A DNA stretch of 64,000 nt from assembly GCF_009834535.1 (NCBI RefSeq), contig NC_045697.1, forward strand, positions 87,732,001 through 87,796,000, read 5' to 3'. Of the stretch, positions 48,300 through 60,620 are shown one piece after another; position 1 is the first letter of the stretch; every line of letters starts with the position of its first letter. The DNA is from Camelus ferus. Lineage: Eukaryota. The notes under the pieces were generated by a model. The model worked only from the letters and a program-made list of their open reading frames with translations, was not told the DNA's origin and ran no database searches. The translations under genes and the position numbers were made by a program.

Positions 48300-49380
48300 G
48301 CTGTCATTTTCCTTTTTTTCTCAAACCAGTTTTTGATTTGTGTAATTCTGTAATTTATTCTTCAGCTTGAAGTTGTGTGAGTTATAATTTAAGGTCATAA
48401 ACTTACATTGTTCTCTATTATAGCTTTTTAAAAATATAATCTATGATCTTGTACCCAGTTTATTAGAGTATAATTAAATACTTAAAATATTAGTATTAAA
48501 GTATTATTTTCATATTATGTGATGGCTCAATTACTTTTCTTTCAAATATTGCTAAAATGTACATTCTAATATAATATCATGTCTTAATGTTAGTTCTAAT
48601 ACTCACTCCTATTGCTACACCATCACTTTCCCTTTCTTGTGTACAGAAATACCTTGAAATACTCCTTTCTTGAGTAGTCTGTCTGGCTTTTCTTTTCCAG
48701 GACAAATATATGGATGATAACTTTTCAGTTCTTTTTACACACGAAGCAGAGCTTCAGTGAATATAGAACATGCGGCTGAAAGTTTGTTCCCCTGATGCGT
48801 TTGTAGTTATGTTTGCCCATTTCTTACAGCGTCTAATTCAGTAGAGAAGAAGTCCTACTTCAGTTGAATTGTTCTTCGTAGTAGGTTACATTTCTTTCCA
48901 GCCTCTGGTCTGGTTGAATTCTTACTTTTTCCATCGGGGTACAGCTACATGTTGGTATTTTACCCCTCGGATGTTACCTCTTTAAATCTTTAGATTCAAC
49001 TCCATTTTTTTCTATTCATGCTTCTTTTCAATATTTTCTTCTGTTTTATTTTAAAGAATGATTTATCAAATATGGATTCCAGCATGCCCTCCAATTTAAT
49101 ATCTTCTCTGTTGTTTGTTTCATTTCCTTTTTATTTCATCTGCAATCTGGTAGAGAGCTTCAGAGTGGTTCACCAGGCCTAACTTAACTTTCTACATTAA
49201 TGAGTTTTCTCTGTATTCTTACAACTAATATTATATTAGTTTTACAAAATTTATAATTTACAGTACTTTTTTCCTTTTCTTTTTCAGCTCATTTTAATTT
49301 TTTCCTGTTTGCCAGACCTTCTTTTTCTTATTCCTTTGAATACACTAACCACACACTGAAAAGAAGCATTAATAGAAAAT
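48300..49380 (-). mobile_element. Very old L1M/HAL1 ORF1-region fragment
   Basis: 'gtgaatatagaacatgcggctgaaagtttgttccc...gagaagaagtcc...gtaggttacatttctttcc' resembles antisense L1M ORF1 sequence. Confidence 0.45.
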
Positions 49381-49529
49381 AATTTTTGAACTAATCTACA
49401 GATTTAAAGACATTACATATGAAGAGTAAGACACCAACATCTGGATACGCCCTGGTGAAAAGAGAGAGGACAGTCTCTTTTCTGTCCTTTGTTTTGGAGC
49501 TAAGTTACTTGACTTTTGTGGAAAGAAAT

Positions 49530-49987
49530 TTGATAGATTGCATTATTGTGCTCAATCTTTCACCCCTTCCTGCATCATTCCCTTGCCATGGCCTCATCAC
49601 CATAGACGGCATGTACTTCCTCCATTTCGCCCCTAGGCTTAGCTAGGTGACCTACTTTGGCCAATGGTATATGAGTGAAAGTCATAGTGTGTATTTCAAG
49701 ACAAGGCCTTGAAGACCTCACATGTTTCTGCTTTTCCTCTTCCAACTCTGTGAGTGCCATGAGAAAAATATACCAGTGATATTCATGGATAACCTGCTGG
49801 TTCCCTGAGGAGGATAAAAGAAAGATGTAGACAGAGGCACTCCAGCTAAATAATAGACATACAGTGACAAAAAGAGCTTCCCAGCTGAGCCCAGCCTAGG
49901 CCAGTCAGATTGTAGTGTATTTGCAGATGCATGGACAATAAGAATATATGTAAGAATATTGCTAAGCAGGAATAGCTAACCAATACA
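49530..49987 (+). mobile_element. MLT1H-like LTR
   Basis: 'gatagattgcattattg', 'gtgacctactttggccaatggtatatgagtgaaagt', 'cccagctgagcccagcctagg', ends 'aatagctaaccaataca'. Confidence 0.8.
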
Positions 49988-50030
49988 ATCATTTTTTAAA
50001 ATTTCCTCCAATGAATCATTTAAAAAGTAA

Positions 50031-50326
50031 CACAAGTAACAAATGTTGGCAAGGATACGGAGAAAAGGGAACCCTCACATACTGTAGGTGGAATGTAAAT
50101 TGGTGAAACCACTGTGGAAAATAGTATGGAGGTTTCTCAAAAAACGAAAAATAGCACTACCATATGACCCAGAAATTCCATTCCTGGGTATATATCCAAA
50201 AAAACCAAAAACACTAATTCAAAAAGATACATGAACCCCAATGTTCATAGCAGCATTATTTATAATAGCCAAGGTATGGAAGCAACCTAAGTGTCCATCA
50301 ACAGATATGAGTAAAGAAGATGTGGT

Positions 50327-50370
<44 letters not shown>

Positions 50371-50821
50371 GAATACTACTCAGCCATTAAAAAGAATGAA
50401 ATGTTGCCATTTGCAACAACATGGATGGCTTGGAGGGTGCTACGCTAAGTGAAATAAGTCAGACAGGGAAAGACAAATACTGTATGATATTATTTATACA
50501 TGGAATCTAAAGAATACAAAAAAAAAACCCCACTAGTGAATATAACAATAAAGAAATAGACATACAGATATAGAGAACAAACTGGCGGTTACCAATGGGG
50601 AGAGGTAAGGGGGGGAGGGACAAGAGAAGTGCAGGCAATTAAGAGGTACAAACTATTATCTATAAAATAAATAAGCTATAAGGATATATTATACAACTCA
50701 GGGAATATAGCCAGTATTTTATAACTATAAATGGAGTATAACCTTTAAAAATTGTGAATCACTATGTTGTACACTTGTAACTTACATTGTACATCAACTA
50801 TACTTCAATAAAAAAAATCCA
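50031..50821 (+). mobile_element. LINE-1 3' end (ORF2 C-terminus, 3'UTR, A-tail) with TSD
   Basis: 'aaatgttggcaaggatacggagaaaagggaaccctc', 'aagcaacctaagtgtccatcaacaga', 'ctatacttcaataaaaaaaa'; TSD aaaaagtaa at 50022-50030 and 50822-50830. Confidence 0.92.
50328..50367. repeat. (CA)20 microsatellite inside L1
   Basis: Uninterrupted CA run of 40 bp. Confidence 0.95.
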
Positions 50822-51329
50822 AAAAAGTAATTCTTTCTGTGCTTCTTGCTTAATATTTTTTTCAGTGATCTTACTTTTAAAATGTGTTCCTTATTGCCTT
50901 GAAATCCTTACTGAAAAGAAGATTAATAGGTTTTTCCTAAATTATCTCCCTTTTAATGTAGATGAGGGTTCCTTTCTTAGATCTCAAGTGAGATTAGATG
51001 CTTTTGCAGCAACCTGGCAACCTGGAGGGAATGCAGAGCAAGCCAAGACCCCAATCAGTAGAACTTCACCATTGCACAGTGTCTTCTGCTTATCTGGCAA
51101 AGTTGCTCTGCTAGTAAGCAGAACCAGAGTGATATCTTCTAGGGCCTCCTCTTCGTGCTTTCAGGGAAGACACTCTTTGGGTTTTTGTCTTGTGCTTGGA
51201 TTCTTCAAAAGTAGATGCCCTATTTCTAACTGGCCTCATTACTGGTTCTGTTAGCTGCTCTCACCCAAGGGAACAGCCCTCAGCACAGCTGCCAGTCATC
51301 TTACTTGCTCCATCTCCGTGGAAGGGACT

Positions 51330-52140
51330 GGCTAGCTGCTCACAGATCTCACTTTGTCTTTCCCTTGGATATCCAGCTACACTATATTTCTTAGGTTCCT
51401 TTGCCTGTGGCCATGTGTTTGATTTCTTGGGGACAGAATGTGGATAGAAGTGATATTGTCACTTCTAAGTCTGGCCTATAAAAACTATCCATTCATAATT
51501 CCTCATTTTCTTCCCCCTTCTAACTGCTGGATGCAGAGGATTCTAGTGGCCTAAGTAAGTATAGAACCACAAAATGGAAGGAGTCTTGGTCCCTGTATGG
51601 CTCTGAGCAAAGCTGCCCACTGAGCTGAAACAACCAGTGTGACTGCATAGGAGTGAGAAATAAACTACTGGGCAGTCACTGAGATTGGGGAGCTCATCTG
51701 TAACAGCATTAGGTCAGTTACCTTAACTAACTCAGACATCAGTAGCTTGAAGTGGAGTGTTGGAATAATAAAAATTCTAAAATTTTTAGGATTGGATTAG
51801 TAGTCAGATTCCAAAAATAAAGATGTTGCAAACAGGATCACTTGAGAATGCTCTTAGCCACGGGAAAATATGTGGTAAAACTGATACCTGTGGATAACTT
51901 AGAAGACAGACCACATGCCTGACAGATAGTTATGGTAATGCCTATCGTTGGCAGCCTCTGGTGATTTGTGATAAAGAAAAATTGGCTGGGTTTCAAAGAA
52001 AGATTAAAGAAAATGGAGATGGTTCAGTGGTCAAGGATTGCTTCTGACCCACTGTAGTAAGAAACAAACTTTGAAAATTATTGAAAGAGGTTCAGTAAGA
52101 TTTTTCAGTTAAACAAAGTGACTATGTGTTCTGTAAAGAC
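51330..52140 (+). mobile_element. MLT1I/J-like LTR (~51330-51735) followed by MLT1 internal sequence
   Basis: LTR end 'gagtgagaaataaactact...ccttaactaactca' is followed at once by 'gacatcagtagcttgaagtggagtgttggaataataaaaattctaaa', resembling the start of MaLR internal sequence. Confidence 0.65.
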
Positions 52141-52359
52141 TGAATGAAGGGAGGGCCAGAGGTTTACTGGCTACTGCAAGAAGTGTCACTTACCCTAACT
52201 AATATGCCCAGGGTCCATGAAGTCTTTGAACACAATCATGCTTGAATTTAACTGAGATGTTTCCATCATCTCGATGCTGCTGCATCAGGGTAGCTCCTGT
52301 TACTTCTGTGTAATGCTCCTCACCCTTACCCACACTCTTATGCCACAATGAGTTCACGT

Positions 52360-52580
52360 TCCAATGTCTCTGGATTAACAACCATTAAAAGAACGTAGGG
52401 GAAACAGAATGGGGCAGAGGAAGAAGTACAACTGTGATGCACCCATACGGCAGGGTGGGCTGGAGTCAGACTTGCCATCCCAACAATCTCCCTTCTGGGG
52501 CCAAAATGGCTGGGCCTTTGTTCCCTGTTGGGCTGAAAATCATGCCTTTGTGTTTCTGCCTCACTCAGTCGTCCCAGTGG
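52360..52580 (-). mobile_element. LTR33-like ERVL LTR fragment
   Basis: 'ggattaacaacc...gaaacagaatggggcagaggaagaagtacaactgtgatgca...ggggccaaaatggctgggccttt'. Confidence 0.55.
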
Positions 52581-53364
52581 GACTTCTTAAGTGTTGTTGA
52601 ACCTAGAATTCATAAAGTGTCCATGAGAATCCAAAGAAAACCATTCAACTACTAAGCAAAACAAACTTCTGTCTGGTGAAAAGAATCGGTCAACAAAGAA
52701 AACACAACTGACATTTTTGGGGGAAAAATTGCAATACATATTGTCTAATTTCCTTGATTTCTAAAGAGCTCAAACAAATGTCATCATTGCAATCAAAATC
52801 AGATCATTTAAATGAACAATGAACTGGGGTATACATTCAACAAACTAATAAAGGACCATGAAAAAAGAAGGTCCCTAAAAATGTTAATAAGAATTATTTT
52901 CATTGTTTTCACTTTTGTGTCCCACATTGTGCACCAGAAAGATTTTACTCTGCACCTCAGATTGCTTTCTTTAAAATGTTCTTGCTTCCTTAATTTTTTT
53001 GAGCTGCTACTTTCACATTTTTGTTGCTGATTACAAAACAACTGAAGGATAAGAAACACATGTTTTCTGTATAACTGTTTTTAATTAAACTTTTAGTAAA
53101 ACAGAGATGATTGTAATTATTCTTTCATTATCTTTAAGAATCTTCTCAAGCTTCCTCAGTTTCTCAGATCACTCCTGGGCAGCAAACGAACTAGAAAGGA
53201 AGATTTATTAGCTAGTGGCTGGCTGGCTGATTAGCAGCTTGCCCTCTATCTGGAGGGAACTGTTTAAAGAACAGACTCTAAGTCTTTTATTTACAAAGAA
53301 ACTTCCCCAATCTATTTGGCATTGCCTTATCTTCATATTCCAGCTCTGAAATCTCTATCCATAG

Positions 53365-53565
53365 GGTAAGGAGTGTGCACTCGTAAAGACTCAGAGATGT
53401 CCTTCAGGGGATCCAGTACCCCACAATTTTATGAAAAACTTGGTGCTCTTTTTTCTGTTCATTTCTTTCCCCCAGGGGAAAGGAATCTAATGCTTTCATC
53501 AGTTTCTTAAAGTTGTCTTTAACACTCACCCCGTCGACTCCAAAATATATTTAAGAAGCAGAACT
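53365..53565. mobile_element. MER103C-like hAT MITE
   Basis: 'cttcaggggatcc...aattttatgaaaaa...ggggaaaggaatctaatgctttcatcagtttcttaaag...tttaagaagca'. Confidence 0.6.
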
Positions 53566-53609
53566 TTGGCTCCAGACTCTGTTAATATCTTATAGGCCTT
53601 TGGGTCTTA

Positions 53610-54882
53610 CCTAGGAAAATAAAGTCTCCACAGTGGGAATTTGGAAAGTTTTGGAAGAGTTTTTTTTCCTCCTTAGCAGTGATTGGTGGAGTGTTACAGG
53701 CAGTTACTGGATGGGGTCCTGGAATAGTATAGCCATCCTGCAGTGAGAGGGATCCTCTACATAAAAAAGAATTCTCGTATGTTCTGACTGACACTCAAAA
53801 GTCCCACTGGACGTTACTTAAGTGAACAACACACTGTAATGATCTGAATCTCCACGTGTGTTTTGCATATATACATGAAAGAATTTTGTTTTTATTATAC
53901 ATTGAATACATGATGCATGTAACTGCATTTGTTTGTTATTGCTGCATAACAAACTGCCATACACTTAAGCAGCTCACATCACAGATATTTATTATCTCCC
54001 AGTTTTTGCTGGGTCATGGGTCAATAGTCTGGGCATGCTTAGCAGAATCCCCTGCTCAGGCTCTCACAAGCCTGCAGTTAAGATGTCGGCCCATCTAAAA
54101 ACTAGATCCTCTTCTCAGCTCACGTGGTTGGTGGCAGAATTCACACCCATGCAGCTGTAGAAGTCATAGCCACTGCCTTCCTCAAGATCAGCAATAGACA
54201 GCATCTCTGCTGCTTTCCATCTTTAGTTTCTAGACCCACTGAGAGGGCTCTCCGGGATGAGGCCAGGCCCATTCAGGATATTTCTCTTTTGATGCACTCA
54301 AAATTAACTGATTAGGGATCTTTATAAAATTCTCTTCATCCCGGCCACCTGGTCAAACATAATCAACAAGACTGATGTCTCATCACCTTTGTTGTGATCT
54401 GTTGTTTAGAAGCAGGAAAGTCACTCACAGGTTCCATCCACTTTCAGGGAAGGAGATTGCACAGGGACACGACTTGGGTGTGTCTGCCACAGCTACCACT
54501 GGATAATTCAGAAAAAGACTGAATTCTTGTTTTGTTTGGAACGTCACTACTTCGCCGTTTTGAAGACTGCTATCAGGAGCAACAGCGCCTCCCTCTAGCA
54601 GCCTGCACTTACAGATGCTCCAGTCACCATGAGTCCAGGGCCCACACAGCAACTGCTTCACTATGTCTTCCAGAGTACACAACTTTATATCAACTTTACA
54701 TAAACCATTCTCTCTTATTTTCCTTATATGATGCTTAATTTAATGCATTGTATAGACTTAAAAAAATTGTGTGTAAGTAGTTTGTGTTTGCCTCTGAAGT
54801 TAATGTTTGAACAATGAGGCAGCATTACAAAATATCTGTTTAGGAATGAAAGGATACATCTAGTCACGTTGAAATGCACTGT
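53610..54882 (+). mobile_element. MER20B-like hAT-Charlie element split by an MLT1E insertion
   Basis: Left part 'catcctgcagtgagagggatcctctacataaaaaagaatt...gtcccactggacgtt'; right part 'ttgttttgtttggaac...ctgcttcactatgtcttcc...ttacaaaatatctgtt...gttgaaatgcactg'. Confidence 0.65.
53924..54491 (-). mobile_element. MLT1E-like LTR nested in MER20B
   Basis: 'tattgctgcataacaaactgcc...ctcacgtggttggtggcagaattca...tgtctcatcacctttg...ttagaagcagg...tctgccaca'. Confidence 0.8.
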
Positions 54883-55995
54883 GATGAAGAGTTATAGTTT
54901 AAATTTTTTTAAGTGAATGAACTGAGACTTTCAGCCACAACCCTAATCCATTAGCATATAATCATTTATCAGATTAATCCAAAGGCATGGAAGGTCTGCC
55001 CTCGAATGAATTACATAAAATAGCCAAACTGTGAAACTGGGAAGGGAAGAGAGTATGCACAGCAAGGTGAGGATGGCAGGAGTGCATGTTGATTACCAGG
55101 CAGCCAGGGGCTTCTCTGCCAGGCAAGATAGAGGAGTCCGGGAAGTGGACCCTGAATATGGGATTTATAGGCACATATGGATCCCTTGCAAAAGACAAAA
55201 TAGTGGACTTTGTTTTTTTGGCTTAGGGTGACTCCAAAAAAAAACCAAATGAAGTCTACAGCATGCAATGCTGTACTTACTGAATATTTTGATAACCAAC
55301 TTTGAAACTAAACAGATTATTTGCAAACTGATGCTAATGGACTGGGATTATTAAAAGGCTATATTACCCACCCCCCTGCCCAAGAATAAAGACTCTGTCT
55401 TCTTCTTTTTTTCTCTCTCTCTCCCACCCCCTTCTCCATCTTTGGAAAAAAAAATCAGCAGAGTGTAGCCAACACGTTGACATTCAGACCACATCAGGTA
55501 CAGCATAGTACTTGCATAATAGGACTGTCAATGATTTCCCCAGTGGGCAGACAGTAACTAGGGGTGCCTCTCTGAAAGAAGTAGTTCCTAATTACTACAT
55601 TGGTTTAGTGCTCATCTCTGCCTGCCCAAAGTTTCAGGGAGCCCAAGGGAGTGGCTCTCTTTTGCTCTGTTGAGAAAGCCATGTTTCTGGACCATTGTGC
55701 TGTCTGCCTCACTTGTTGACAACACTGGATTTCTATGGGGACAATCTTGGTTTTTTTATGTAGAGAAAGGGGTACAGTACTTGAGGAAGCAGTGGGTTCC
55801 TTAACTTCAGTATCAAAGCAAGGGCTGGGAAAGTTTCAGGGGTAAGAGAGAACACTGGGAATTTTCTGTCACAAATTCTCATATTTAACTTGAACACAAC
55901 CTGAGCAAGGTGACAAGATGGTACTAAGCTTTAGGAATAGCCATTCAAATCTCATTTCTTAAGACTTGGGTAGCTTATCAAAAAGTAATTAACGT

Positions 55996-56050
55996 GGAGT
56001 ACAGAGAATACCTGATGGGTACAGAGAATGACCTACTGGGTAGAGGATTT
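55996..56050. repeat. ~21-bp degenerate tandem repeat
   Basis: ggagtacagagaatacctgat | gggtacagagaatgacctact | gggtagagga. Confidence 0.65.
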
Positions 56051-56656
56051 TGCCTTGGAAGAGCCTTCTTAATGGCATTTTACATGTTTAAAAGGCTAAC
56101 AACTTCTTACAAAACCATTCTAGTCATTTTCCAAACATAAGCTTAGGTACTGAATGTGAAAATTTACATTTATAAATTCACATTTATAAATATAAATGCT
56201 GAATTTAGGAAGGAGAATTCAAAGCAGCTGCATTGAAAATAGTTATTTTTGTTTATATGCAATTTTTATACTGAGAAGATGCATTGTAGCTGGCATGAAT
56301 GTCCTAGCCCCCAACTTCTTCTAACAGCCTTTCTGAATGATTTTCTTTTTTCTCTGCTCCTTATCTTCCTAAGATGGATAATTTGGAAGGTAAAAAAGAG
56401 ATGCATATGTTGCAGGGTACTTTCTATTGTACACCATGTTGACGGGGGATTTGGCCTGGTTTATGATTCTTTGCATGTGGTACTGAGCTGGGCTGCAGTT
56501 GTGTGTACGACCAACTGACCTATTATATCTACTAAGCATCTTTGGCAATAAGATAAATGATAACAGATAGTCTATGTGAAGATATATTCAAAGATTGGAG
56601 AATTGATTGTGTGAATTAAGTCAGCAACAGTACTGGCAGAAACCAATGGGAATTAA

Positions 56657-56659
<3 letters not shown>

Positions 56660-56701
<42 letters not shown>
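56660..56701. repeat. (GT)21 microsatellite
   Basis: Uninterrupted GT run. Confidence 0.95.
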
Positions 56702-56704
<3 letters not shown>

Positions 56705-56899
56705 CACACATCTCACTTACAAAACATAAGAACTTCCCAGAGGCCACACACTCTTTGAAGCTCCTCAGAATACGGAAACTGAAGCAACGTCAGCATGGTT
56801 ACCCATGACCCTCATGTATAAAAGAGACTTGTAACAGCAAGCACCCAGTCTGGCCTGTGGAGTTCAGATCTAGGTTAACTCACCAAAAGCCTATTCACC

Positions 56900-57460
56900 A
56901 AATGACCAGGCTCCAATTCACATCTACTTTCTTAAGTGATCTGGCCCCTCGTCGCCTCTCCGAGCCCACTGCTCTGCTCCCTCTCTCCCAGTCTCCTCAG
57001 ACTCCTGACACACACCAGGCATCTTCCGTCTTTAAATACACTGCACTTTTGTTTTCCTTGCTTGAAATGCTCTTCCTCAAGATAGCTTCATTTGTATCTC
57101 CCTCACCTGCTTCATCTCTTCCCTAAAATGTCATTTTCTCAGGGAGAACTTCTTTGATGATTTTGTTTACATTTGCCACCCCTGATCCTACACTCTCTAT
57201 TTTCTTCTGTGCTGAAATTTTTCTCCTGAGCACTGTTGTCATTGTATCTAATGCCAATATAACCTATCTATGTATTTAACATCTATGTCCATTTGTCTGT
57301 TTATATCTATCTACATTTATCTACCTAGTTTATTGTGTGACTTCCTCAGAAGATTGGAAGATCCTTGAGGAGGTAGTTATTTACTTGCTCATTTGTATAT
57401 AACCGGAGCCTAGAATAGTCCCTGGATCATAGTAAAATATCCAATTACCCTTCATTAAAG
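56900..57460 (+). mobile_element. L2a 3' portion
   Basis: 'gtgatctggcccctcgtcgcctctcc', 'cttgaaatgctcttcctcaagata', 'aaatgtcattttctcagggagaacttct', 'agcctagaatagtccctggatcatagta'. Confidence 0.8.
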
Positions 57461-60454
57461 AAAGAAACTGCTAAAACATCTACTGGTAGCCTTGTATTCA
57501 CTGGTTTCTTTGCTCACCATTGCTTTCCATGGTATAGGATTCTCAACTTTCCTTTTTCTTTTTCTCTCTCTTTGTCTCCCCTTTCAGAACCAATTCCTTT
57601 ATTTAAGGAAAGCAGTTTAGGAATCTTTTTTTTTTTTTGGCTTGAGGATTCTCTTGGATTCTTACACCCAACTCCAAGAACATTTTTCAAGTTTTTCTTT
57701 GAAGCAAAGATTGTGGTCTCCCTAAGAAAGATAAACCTTCTTTACTTTCTTTCAGAGTATGAAATATTAAATATAATTATCTAGTTAAGTAAGCAGAACC
57801 AAGTCAAACAATAATGAGAAGTAAAAATTACATTAATTTCCAGATTCCAGATTAGAACTCTAAATAAATTTCTTTTTCCAAAAAGTCTCTTTGTGTATGT
57901 AGAAAAGCATGAGATAACCTTTCACAGCATTGTATTTCCTGGGAATAGCATCTAAAATGAGATCATGTTGAATAATATTAGCCACGATACTTTAAAATAG
58001 AACACTAGTGGAAGATATTTCAGGAAAGTATTGAGACCCATTCATAGAGACTAGATTATACAAAAATGTTATTAGAATGATTTGAGGGAAGATAAGGTAG
58101 CACATAAGTGGATTTAACAAATGGTATTAAATCGTGAGGTGTTATAAACATCACACATGTCAGAGACTCAAGGCAAATGGATTTTAGAGAACCAGAATAC
58201 ATACAGGAATTTAATAATGCAACATGGACAAAATGGAGTTAAAACTAGAGGGATGAAAGTCATACAAAAGACATCCATTTGAAAGTTAGTTCATAGAATA
58301 TATTAGTTCCAGGGAAGTCTTAAAAATGATAACATCATAGTGAACTAGAAATGAATCTTCAGTGAAAGTGCTTCTTTAAAGGCTAAAATGAAGAGAATGC
58401 CATGGTGATTGTCAATCTTTTCAATGGGAATTGGGGGAGAAGATCTTATTTTACTGAACATGTTTTTCATAATTAAAATTATGTTTCTAGACTGCTATAA
58501 ATGTATTTTCTGAAAAGATAAAAGAATGATAATTATTCCAGTTGCCTCAACTCTGTTCTTTTATTAGAGTTCTTTCTAAATGTCCTAATAACAAATTGGA
58601 TTCAATTTTGGATCAGGATAAATGGTGGGAAGAACTACAAATTTAGATGGAAAGTTAGGCCATCTGAATTATATAAATCAGTATTTATACATTAGTCTGA
58701 AAACAATGGCAGGAACAATGTGCTTAGGGTAAACTTTGTCACACAGTAATTCTGGGTAAGAAGAGACTCTTCTTTATAGAAACCAAAACCACAAGAATTG
58801 CCAGTTCCAAATTCTATTTCTTTTGTGGCTAATACTGATCGAAGAAGTGCAAGGAATATAGAAAATGCTATTTCCTAAAGAGGATTATTTCTTTTTTTTT
58901 AAAGAAATATTTATTTTTTATGTAGATACATGTCTGAAAGATCAGAATAAAGAGTTTTAAAATTATTAATAGAAAATTTGACTTTTTGCCTCTGATTTCA
59001 AAAAGAAGATGCAGATGAATGACACCAAAATACAGTATTGTTAAATTTAAGGATGTATTCTGTGGACGTCTTTTAAAAGATTGTTCTTTACATATCTTTT
59101 CATATGACTAAGTGTGATGTTTTTCACACCACAATACACATAGGCTTGAATTTGCCTTCCTTCATACTTAACTAGAAATTTTTGTGTTCGACTAGTTAAT
59201 ATAACAGCATTAAAGGACACTGTTCTTTCTTCACCCCATGTGTAGGATGAAGTTAATGAATATTTAATTCAGGGCAGCACTCAAGAGGTCTTAAGTTCAT
59301 TTAGAAAGCCAGCATCTCATAACTGTATTACTATCTGGCGAATGTGCCTTATCACAGTGTGTCTGCGTTTTTGCTGTTCGTTTCCTTGTGATAAAATTCC
59401 TGGGCAGAGCAAGTCTTCGGAAGTAAGCCCACAGGGCTGCCTGGCAAGTTTATTTTGGGAAGGAAATAATCAATTTAGAACTATTACTACAAGAGTCCTT
59501 ATCGAGCTCATTTCCTCATCTAATGCTTCACAAGCTAATATTACATGTTTAGGAGCAACTTCAAAGGACCAGAATGTGCTTTGTAGGTTTTATTAATGTG
59601 AAATTTCTCTGAGGGCACCAAGTGTTTGCCATTAACATGACTACAATCCACTGACTTGCAAACATAGGTCATAAAAGCTGTACCAAAGACCTGCGCTGCT
59701 GTAGCCCAAGACACTATTAATGCGGTTCTGTTATTGTTAAATTACAAGGGCTGCGGCTGAGGGTGTAAGTATTGTGTCCACAGTCTTGATTTTCCTGCAC
59801 TCCTTCTTCTCCATTATGGTTCGGTGGATTGAAAATAGTGATTTAGCCCAAGAGCAATATAGCCAAAACAATGTACTGAGAGAATCCAGTCCACACCCAG
59901 GTAATAATAGGGGTATTGTTTTGGGGGGATTTTTTTTTTTTTTTTTGCATGACACATTGAAATGTAGGCTCTTATCTATACAGAGAAACACTGAATGTTC
60001 CACAGTAGAATAGCAGAAAAGAAGACATTTAGGAATGCCATATAAGACACTTGAAAGAAAAAAAGAGTGCTAGCTTCAAGGAGAGAGCCCTGATCCTCCC
60101 CAAAATTCTTAATTAGAAACATGAATGACTATATACATCTGTCAAATCAAGATATCTTACTGCCCATTTCAAGACATGGCAGTGTAACTGCCTTTTGACT
60201 CTAAATTGGAGAATATTTTCCTTTGTTATATATTTGACTAGACTCTCAGAGCAGACTAATCTCTTTGTCTGCCAATAGTAAACCCCAGTTGGACAGAAGG
60301 AGATCATTTAATTAAATGTGATCTTTACTTGTCTGATATAATTGCCTACTTGAACACAATTTCTTTTCCATTTAAACTACTACCATTGTGTTTTCTTACA
60401 ATCACCTCAGGAGGGTTTTTTGTGTTGCTTTGTTTTTTTCTCATGCACTGATTA

Positions 60455-60620
60455 AACGAGTTCAGAAAAGTCGCGGAAGAGAAGCGCCCGTTCTCCGGCC
60501 GGCTGGGCTGCGGGGACACTCCTGCTGCAAATGAGCTGCAGCTGCTTGTGCTCCACAGCTCCGTTCCAATGGCCAGAGTGAGAAAACCAAAACATCCCCT
60601 GGAATTTGGCTAGCGCTTTA
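60455..60620. promoter_or_regulatory. CpG-dense micro-island; candidate enhancer or promoter
   Basis: 8 CpGs in 60457-60512 in a CpG-poor context; GCGGAAG (ETS-like), CAGCTG E-box, CCAAT, CTGCAAAT (octamer-like). Function is inferred only. Confidence 0.45.

Noticed and set aside
37778..50821. One full-length L1 formed by the + strand pieces at 37.8-39.4, 42.3-43.8 and 50.0-50.8 kb
   Set aside because: The pieces differ in divergence, are separated by older MIR/L2 elements that could not have inserted later, and the 50-kb piece has its own TSD.
50787..51254. 155-aa ORF
   Set aside because: Begins in an L1 tail with a TTG start; the composition looks non-coding.
58000..58420. Possible CR1/L3-like remnant
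   Set aside because: The resemblance is too faint to call by eye.
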